Below, piece by piece: positions 54,101 through 64,000 of a DNA stretch of 64,000 nucleotides. Numbering within the stretch: the first letter of the stretch is position 1; every line of letters begins with the position of its first letter. The notes under the pieces are model-generated. The model saw only the letters and a list, made by a program, of their open reading frames with translations. It was not told the DNA's origin and searched no databases. The stretch comes from the human T2T-CHM13v2.0 reference genome, Homo sapiens: the NCBI RefSeq assembly GCF_009914755.1, contig NC_060936.1, one strand, 5' to 3'. The position numbers were made by a program, and so were the translations under genes.

Positions 54101-54856
54101 TTTCTTCTAGGAAAAATTTTTAATCACTCCCAATTAAAATGCGTGGTCACAATTATATGCTTAAATAAGATGGTCTGGCACCCACATAAAAGCCTCAAGA
54201 GTATTGCATTGATCTATTTCTTAGAGCCTGTGATATCTGTCTCCCAGACTGTTCTTTCACACAGAAATTTTTTTCATTTTTGCAATATTCTGAAACTAAT
54301 TTCTTCCCAGTCTCTTTCTAAAATGTATTTATTGAAATTTTGTGTTCTAAATCAATCTTGCCTGTGTTTACTTTTCATCTTATATCTGACTTCTTTTTAA
54401 ATGAAATTTGGGAAAATTTTTAAATCTAATCTTCTAAGTAACCATCTATATTTCTTGTTACTCCTTTATTTTTCTTTTTGTTTTTAAAATTTGCATCAAT
54501 ATACTGTGTTTCCAAGGTCTTTTTACTGAGGTTCTGTTGGTAGTTCTCTTTTCATCTGCTGACTTTTCTGTTATATCAAGTAGTTCCTGCCCATCCTTTC
54601 ATCCTTTTCATGGAAAGCGTAGGTGAGTCAGTATCAACAGCTGCCACTTATCATTTCAGGCTTTGAATAAGTCTCGTGCTGTCATTCAGTTTTTGTTCAG
54701 GGATAGTGATAACTTCGGGATGGCCATGTTAGAAGTAATGAGTAGGGGGATGTGACTGGAAATCCTAAAGACAAACTGCTTGATCAGTTGGATGAGGGGA
54801 TCCTGTGTTGTACACATAAGAATCTGTTCCTGCCCTTCCAGAATGGTTTGAGAATA

Positions 54857-56566
54857 AAAGGGGATTTCAAAAAGTTTGTGGAAGAATATAATTACAATAT
54901 GAAAGTAGACATTATGTAAACTTTATTTCTTAACGTAAGCTCCATCACATTCAAGAAGTTTAGCAAGTAATGATACAAGTAATTTAGCCTATCTATAAAA
55001 ATTGACGATCCTGAAATTAGTTTCAGAATGCAGTCTTTTCACATCATTAACTGAAGAAAACAGAGTACACTTTAAAAATATTTCAATATTAGAAAAAAAA
55101 TCTGAAGTCCAAAGATACTGCATCAGAACTGTAAGTTGGGTGCCTAGGGATTTTCTTTTTTTTTTTTTTCTTTTTTGTTTTATTTACATAGCTTGGGGAA
55201 CAGGTGGTGTTTGGTTATGTGAATCAGTTCTGCAGTGGTGATTTGTGAGATTTTGGTGCACCCATCATCCGGGCAGTATACACTGCACCCAGTGTATAAG
55301 AGAGAGGTAAAAGTGACGTCTTTTACCCCTCTCCCCTTTCCCACTCTTTCCCCCTGAGTTCCCAAAGTCCATTGTGTCATTCTTACGCCTTCGCATTCTC
55401 ATAGTTTAGCTCCGATTCATGAGTGAGAACATGCGATGTTGGCTTTTCCATTCCTAAGTTGCTTGACTTAGAATGATAACATCAACTTATGAGAGAGTAT
55501 GGAGTAAGTTAGCCAAAACTTTAGCAGGGAAATGCCCGGAAAAGCTTTAGCAGAGAGTTCTTATCCATCACAACAATGCTCCTGCTCATTTCTCTCATGA
55601 AACAAGGGCAATTTTGCCAGACTTATGAGGGACATTCACTAGGCATCCAATCTCATCCATTTATCTGCTAAAGATTTGGCTAACTTTCTCCAAACTCCAA
55701 ACTTATAAGCTGATGTCGTCATCTTTGACCCTCCAGAAAGTTAACAAACAAAATACCTCGAACATCCAAAAATACCGTTGACATGATGTTTGCTCTTGTC
55801 GCATTTATTTAGACTAGGCCACTTCCACCTCTTGGTAGCCATTGCTTTGATTGTGTTTTTCCTTTAGGATGGCACTGGTAAAGCCATGTTTGATTTCCTG
55901 TTACAACTCTCCAAAGAAATGCTTTAGGATCTTTTCTTTTCTTTTCTTCTACTTCCTACTTCTTTAATTTTTCATTGAACCTTCTGTTCTTCTCTGTAGC
56001 TGACTCAGGTACAGCAGTTTTGGCCATCATCAAGTCGATAGTTTGCTCAACTTTAATTTTTCAGCCAGAAAAAAATTTATGTAATCTGAACCAATTGACA
56101 GTCTTCTTGTGCTAGCCCTTTTTTCTGCTGTTAACTGTGAGGTCTCTTCAATTGGAATAAAAGAAGATAAAATTTTTGCCCATAAGTTGCTGTGTATGGT
56201 CTGCTGCTGCAGAGTTCATCTTCACCATCATCTAGTCAATTCTTAAAAGGAGTTATCCATTTGTGAAGGGCTGATTTACTTGGGCACAAATATTTCATGA
56301 TGCATCAGTGATTTCACCATCCCTCCGCCCAAGCTGCATCATAAACTTGATATTTGTTCTTGATACAATTTTAGTAGAATATTTGTTGATCTGATAGAAG
56401 TTGTTTTCAAACTGCTGTCTCAACCATGTTAGTGACTGAACTATATCCTTTTCAGACATGTTGTAACAAGTTAGTAAAAATGTATTTTGGTATGAAAAAT
56501 GTTTGTATCCCTGCATAATTTTAAAAAATAATATATATTTTCCACAAACAGTTTGAAGATGCCTTA
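54857..56566 (-). mobile_element. HSMAR2 mariner relic, copy 3: both TIRs, TA TSD, internal L1 insertion and inversion
   Basis: TA|aaaggggatttcaaaaagtttgtggaa ... ttccacaaacagtttgaagatgcctta|TA; ORF 56295..56588 contains RTNIKFMMQLGRRDGEITDA. Confidence 0.9.
55155..55480 (-). mobile_element. L1PB-type 3' end inside HSMAR2 copy 3
   Basis: Poly(T), then ggggaacaggtggtgtttggtt...gagattttggtgcacccatc...gagtgagaacatgcgatg. Confidence 0.8.
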
Positions 56567-57335
56567 TATTACTGGAAGTTGTCCTCATACAATGAAGTTT
56601 GTTGCTGATTACTCTGCCATTGGCTGGTGATCAGGCAGATTGTTGTTTTCCTCCCTCACCCCTTCTGGAATATTAGGGATGTTTGCTAAGAGGAAATATA
56701 TTACCAGTTAGCAATTCTTCTTTGGCTATGCAATAATAAAACAATTGTAGCTTGGCTTTATGTGCTTTATGGGAGGCACAGAATAGTTGCCTGGCCTAGC
56801 AGGTACCCTAATGTTATTGGGATGAGTGTCACTACATTCCACACACACTAATTGGACAGGGAAACTGGAGATGAATGTTCCTGCTTAGTGACTTATGCTG
56901 GACCTTCTAAGTAGGAAAGGAAGATCAGAGGGCAGGCACAGAGGGAAGTGCCATGCAGACTTGCCTCGTTGCATAGGTTCCTGTAGAAGTGATAGTCCTG
57001 GTGAAAGAAAGGCTCCCCCTTGTCTTGGTGAATACAGGAAGACAGCAAGCATTGCCTTCAAATATCACTCAGCTCACGCCCTTTCCCTGACATTTTCCAA
57101 TGTCAGCAATGAGTGAAAAAGATTAGTGTATTAGAGAAGAATAAAAATCAGCTATGAACTCTCCAGACACAAATAAAACAGAGGTGACAGAAGAGCTGAA
57201 AGAGACCCTGTCAGTGAGTGAGGATGGGGTCAAAGTGAGGAGCAGGACTGCAACAGGAGCTCAGGCACCTTTCTGTCAGTTGAAGCTCTCAACAATTTGC
57301 ATCAATATACTGTGTTTCCAAGGTCTTTTGGGTTG

Positions 57336-59697
<2,362 letters not shown>

Positions 59698-61347
59698 ATT
59701 GAAGAGGTCCTTCACATCCCTTGTAAGTTAGATTCCTAGGTAGTTTATTCTCTTTGAAGCAATTGTGAATGGGAGTTCATCATGATTTGGCTGTTTCTCT
59801 GTTGTTGGTATATAAGAATGCTTGTGATTTTTGCACATTGATTTTGTATCCTGAGACTTTGCTGAAGTTGCTTATCAGCTTAAGGAGATTTTGGGCTGAG
59901 ACGATGGGGTTTTCTAGATATACAATAATGTCATCTGCAAACAGAGACAATTTGACTCCCTCTTTTCCTAATTGAATACACTTTCTTTCTTTCTCCTTTC
60001 TGATTGCCCTGGCCAGAACTTCCTCAACAAAATAAAAGAAGATACAAATGGAAGAAAACTCCATGCTCATGGATAGGAAGAATCAAAATCGTGAAAATGG
60101 CCATACTGCCCAAGGTAATTTACAGATTCAATGCCATCCCCATCAAGCTACCAATGACTTTCTTCACAGAATTGGAAAAAACTAATTTAAAGTTCATATG
60201 GAACCAAAAAAGAGCCTGCATTGCCAAGTCGATCCTAAGCCAAAAGAACAAAGCTAGAGGCATCAGGCTACCTGGCTTCAAACTATACTACAAGGCTACA
60301 GTAACCAAAACAGCATGGTACTGGTACCAAACCAGAGATATAGACCAATGGGACAGAACAGAGCCCTCAGAAATAATACCACATGTCTACAACTATCTGA
60401 TCTTTGACAAACCTGACAAAAACAAGAAATGGGGAAAGGATTCCCTATTTAACAAATGGTGCTGGGAAAACGGGCTAGCTATATGTAGAAAGCTGAAACT
60501 GGATCCCTTCCTTACACCTTTACACCTTATACAAAAATTAATTCAAGATGGATTAAAGACTTAAATGTTAAATCTAAAACCATAAAAACCCTAGAAGAAA
60601 ACCTAGGCAATACCATCCAGGACATAGACATGGGCAAGGACTTCATGTCTAAAACACCAAAAGCAATGACAACAGAAGCAAAAATTGACAAATGGGATCT
60701 AATTAAACTAAAGAGATTCTGAGCAACAAAAGAAACTACCATCAGAGTGAGCAGATGCCACTCTGTAGCAACCTACAGAGTGGGAGAAAATTTTTGCAAG
60801 CTGCTCATCTGACAAAGGGCTAATATCCAGAATCTACAATGAACTCAGACAAATTTACAAGAAAAAAGCAAACAACCCCATCAACAAATGGGTGAAGGAT
60901 ATGAACAGACACTTCTCAAAAGAAGACATTTATGCAGCCAACAGACACAGGAAAAAATGCTCATCATCACTGGCCATCAGAGAAATGCAAATCAAAACCG
61001 CAATGAGATACTATCTCACACCAGTTGGAATGGCAATCATTAAAATGTCAGTAAAAGACAGGTGCTGGAGAGGAGGGGAGAAATAGGAACACTTTTACAC
61101 TGTTGGTGAGAGTGTAAACTGGTTCAACCATTGTGGAAGACAGTGTGGTGATTCCTCAGGGATCTAGAGCTAGAAATACCATTTGACCCAGCCATCCCAT
61201 TACTGGATATATACCCAAAGGATTATAAATCATGCTGCTATAAAGACACATGCATACGTATGTTTATTGCAGCACTATTCACAATAGCAAAGACCTGGAA
61301 CCAACCCGAATGTCCAACAATGATAGACTGGATTAAGAAAATGTGGT
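59698..61347 (+). mobile_element. Younger L1PA with 5' inversion (minus 59698-60024, plus 60025 onward)
   Basis: Antisense RT segment joined to a sense segment that is nearly adjacent in the L1 consensus. Confidence 0.88.
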
Positions 61348-64000
61348 GAGGCTGGAGCCAAGACGGCCGAATAGGAACAGCTCCGGTCTACAGCTCCCAG
61401 CATGAGCAACGCAGAAGATGGGTGATTTCTGCATTTCCATCTGAGGTACGTGGTTCATCTCACTAGGGAGTGCCAGATAGTGGGCGCAGGACAGTGGGTG
61501 CAGTGCACCGTGTGTGAGCTGAAGCAGGGCGAGGCATTGCCTCACTCAGGAAGCACAAGGGGTCAGGGAGTTCCCTTTCCTAGTCAAAGAAAGGGGTCAC
61601 AGATGGCACCTGGAAAATCGGGTCACTCCCACCCCAATACTGCGCTTTTCCAACAGGATTAAAAAACGGTGCATCAGGAGATTATATCCTGCACCTGGCT
61701 CAGAGGGTTCTATGCCCACGGAGTCTCGATGATTGCTAGCACAGCAGTCTGAGATCAAACTGCAAAGCGGCAGAGAGGCTGGGGGAGGGGCGCCCGCCAT
61801 TGCCCAGGCTTGCTTAGGTAAACAAAGCAGCCGGGAAGCTCGAACTGAGTGGAGCCCACCACAGCTCAAGGAGGCCTGCCTGCCTCTGTAGGTTCCACCT
61901 CTGGGGGCAGGGCACAGACAAAAAAAAAGACAGCAGTAACCTCTGCAGACTTAAATGTCCCTGTCTGACAGCTTTGAAGAGAGCAGTGGTTCTCCCAGCA
62001 TGCAGCTGGAGATCTGAGAATGGGCAGACTGCCTCCTCAAGTGGGTCCCTGACCCCTGAACCCTGAGCAGCCTAAATGGGAGGCACCCCCTGGTAAGGGC
62101 AGACTGACACCTCACACAGCTGGGTACTCCTCTGAGACAAAACTTCCAGAGGAACGATCAGACAGCAGCATTCGCGGTTCACGAAACTCTGCTGTTCTGC
62201 AGCCACTGCAGCTGGTACCCAGGAAAACCAGGTCTGGAGTGGACCTCTAGCAAACTCCAACAGACCTGCAGCTGAGGGTCCTGTCTGTTAGAAGGAAAAC
62301 TAACAAACAGAAAGGACATCCACACCAAAAACCCATCTGTACATCACCATCATCAAAGACCAAAACTAGATAAAACCACAAAGATGGGGAAAAAACAGAG
62401 CAGAAAAACTGGAAACTCTAAAAAGCAGAGTGCCTTTCCTCCTCCAAAGGAAAGCAGCTCCTCACCAGCAATAGAACAAAGCTGGACGCAGAATGACTTT
62501 GATGAGTTGAGAAAAAAAGGCTTCAGACGATCAAACTACTCCAAGCTACAGGAGGAAATTCAAACCAAAGGCAAAGAAGTTGAAAACTTTGAACAAACTT
62601 TAGACGAATGTATAACTAGAATAACCAATACAAAGAAGTGCTTAAAGGAGCTGACGGAGCTGAAAGCCAAGGCTCAAGAACTACGTGAAGAATGCGGAAG
62701 CCTCAAGAGCTGATGCGATCAACTGGAAGAAAGGGTATCGTGATGGAAGATGAAATGAATGAAATGAAGCGAGAAGGGAACTTTAGAGAAAAAAGAATAA
62801 AAAGAAATGAACAAAGCCTCCAAGAAATATGGGACTATGTGAAAAGACCAAATCTACGTCTGATTGGTGTGCCTGAAAGTGACAGGGAGAATGGAACCAA
62901 GTTGGAAAACACTCTGCAGGATATTATCCAGGAGAACTTCCCCAATCTAGCAAGGCAGGCCAACATTCAGACTCAGGAAATACAGAGAATGCCACAAAGA
63001 TACTCCTCGAGAAGAGCAACTCCAAGACACATAATTGTCAGATTCACCAAAGTTGAAATGAAGGAAAAAATGTTAAGGGCAGCCAGAGAGAAAGGTTGGG
63101 TTACCCATAAAGGGAAGCCCATCAGACTAACAGTGGATCTCCAGGCAGAAACTCTACAAGCCAGAAGAGAGTGGGGGCCAATATTCAACAATCTTAAAGA
63201 AAAGAATTTCAACCCAGAATTTCATATCCAGCCAAACTAAGCTTCATAAGTGAAACACAAATAAAATCCTTTAAAGACAAGCAAATGCTGATAGATTTTG
63301 TCACCACCAGGCCTGCCCTAAATGAGCTCCTGAAGGAAGCACTAAACATGGAAAGGAACAACCGGTACCAGCCACTGCAAAATCATGCCAAATTGTAAAG
63401 ACCATCAAGGCTAGGAAGAAACTGCATCAATTAACAAGCAAAACAACCAGCTAACATCATAATGGCAGGATCAAATTCACACATAACAATATTAACTTTA
63501 AATATAAATGGACTAAATGCTCCAATTAAAAGACACAGACTGGCAAATTGGATAAAAAGTCAAGACCCATCAGTGTGCTGTATTCAGGAAACACATCTCA
63601 TGTGCAGAGACACACATAGGCTCAAAATAAAAGGATGGAGGAAGATCTACCAAGCAAATGGAAAACAAAAAAAGGCAGGGATTGCAAACCTACTCTCTGA
63701 TAAAACAGACTTTCAACCAACAAAGATGAAAAGAGACAAATAAGGCCATTACATAATGGTAAAGGGATCAATTCAACAAGAAGAGCTAACTATCCTGAAT
63801 ATATATGCACCCAATACAGGAGCACCCAGGTTCATAAAGCAAGTCCTGAGTGACCTACAAAGAGACTTAGACTCCCACACAATAATAATGGGAGACTTTA
63901 ACACCCCACTGTCAACATTAGACAGATCAACAAGACAGAAAGTTAACAAGGATACCCAGGAATTGAACTCAGCTCTGCACCAAGCGGACCTAATAGACAT
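61348..64000 (+). mobile_element. 5' part of a L1PA3/L1PA4 with complete 5'UTR (ORF1 from 62384, ORF2 from 63462, both disrupted); runs off the window
   Basis: ggagccaagacggccgaataggaacagctccgg; MGKKQSRK ORF1 with a TGA at 62711-62713; 5'UTR ~1035 bp. Confidence 0.95.
61597..61800 (-). CDS. LINE-1 antisense ORF0 homolog, 67 codons, open (expression unknown)
   Basis: MAGAPPPASLPLCSLISDCCASNHRDSVG...VGVTRFSRCHL matches the primate L1 ORF0 pattern; ATG at 61800. Confidence 0.6.
   Translation of the reverse strand: MAGAPPPASLPLCSLISDCCASNHRDSVGIEPSEPGAGYNLLMHRFLILLEKRSIGVGVTRFSRCHL

Overview
Human genomic DNA (it carries a human-specific AluYa5) from the salivary proline-rich protein cluster on 12p13.2. 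The only real gene is PRB3, on the minus strand. It has 4 exons and a 930-nt CDS (309 aa) with a 63-bp coding tandem repeat and 8 N-Q-S sequons, and it retains a TATA box and a double AATAAA. The rest is transposon-rich: near full-length and nested L1s, Alus, MaLR LTRs and three HSMAR2 mariner relics. The apparently unique intergenic DNA is not unique. It is a mosaic of at least 5 diverged copies of the PRB3 5'-flank, in both orientations, including a ~9-13 kb inverted pair that brackets the gene. The copies can be ordered using an HSMAR2 insertion whose empty TA site survives ~1.6 kb upstream of PRB3. Other notable structures are a ~249-bp direct repeat flanking a truncated L1, a probable PRB3/PRB4 duplication breakpoint with an exact 36-bp templated insert, three-level L1 nesting with a twin-priming inversion, an open L1 ORF0 in splice phase with PRB3, and fold-back hairpins. 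I cannot support a claim of a wholly new gene system. All alignments were made by eye, and repeat boundaries and subfamily calls are approximate.
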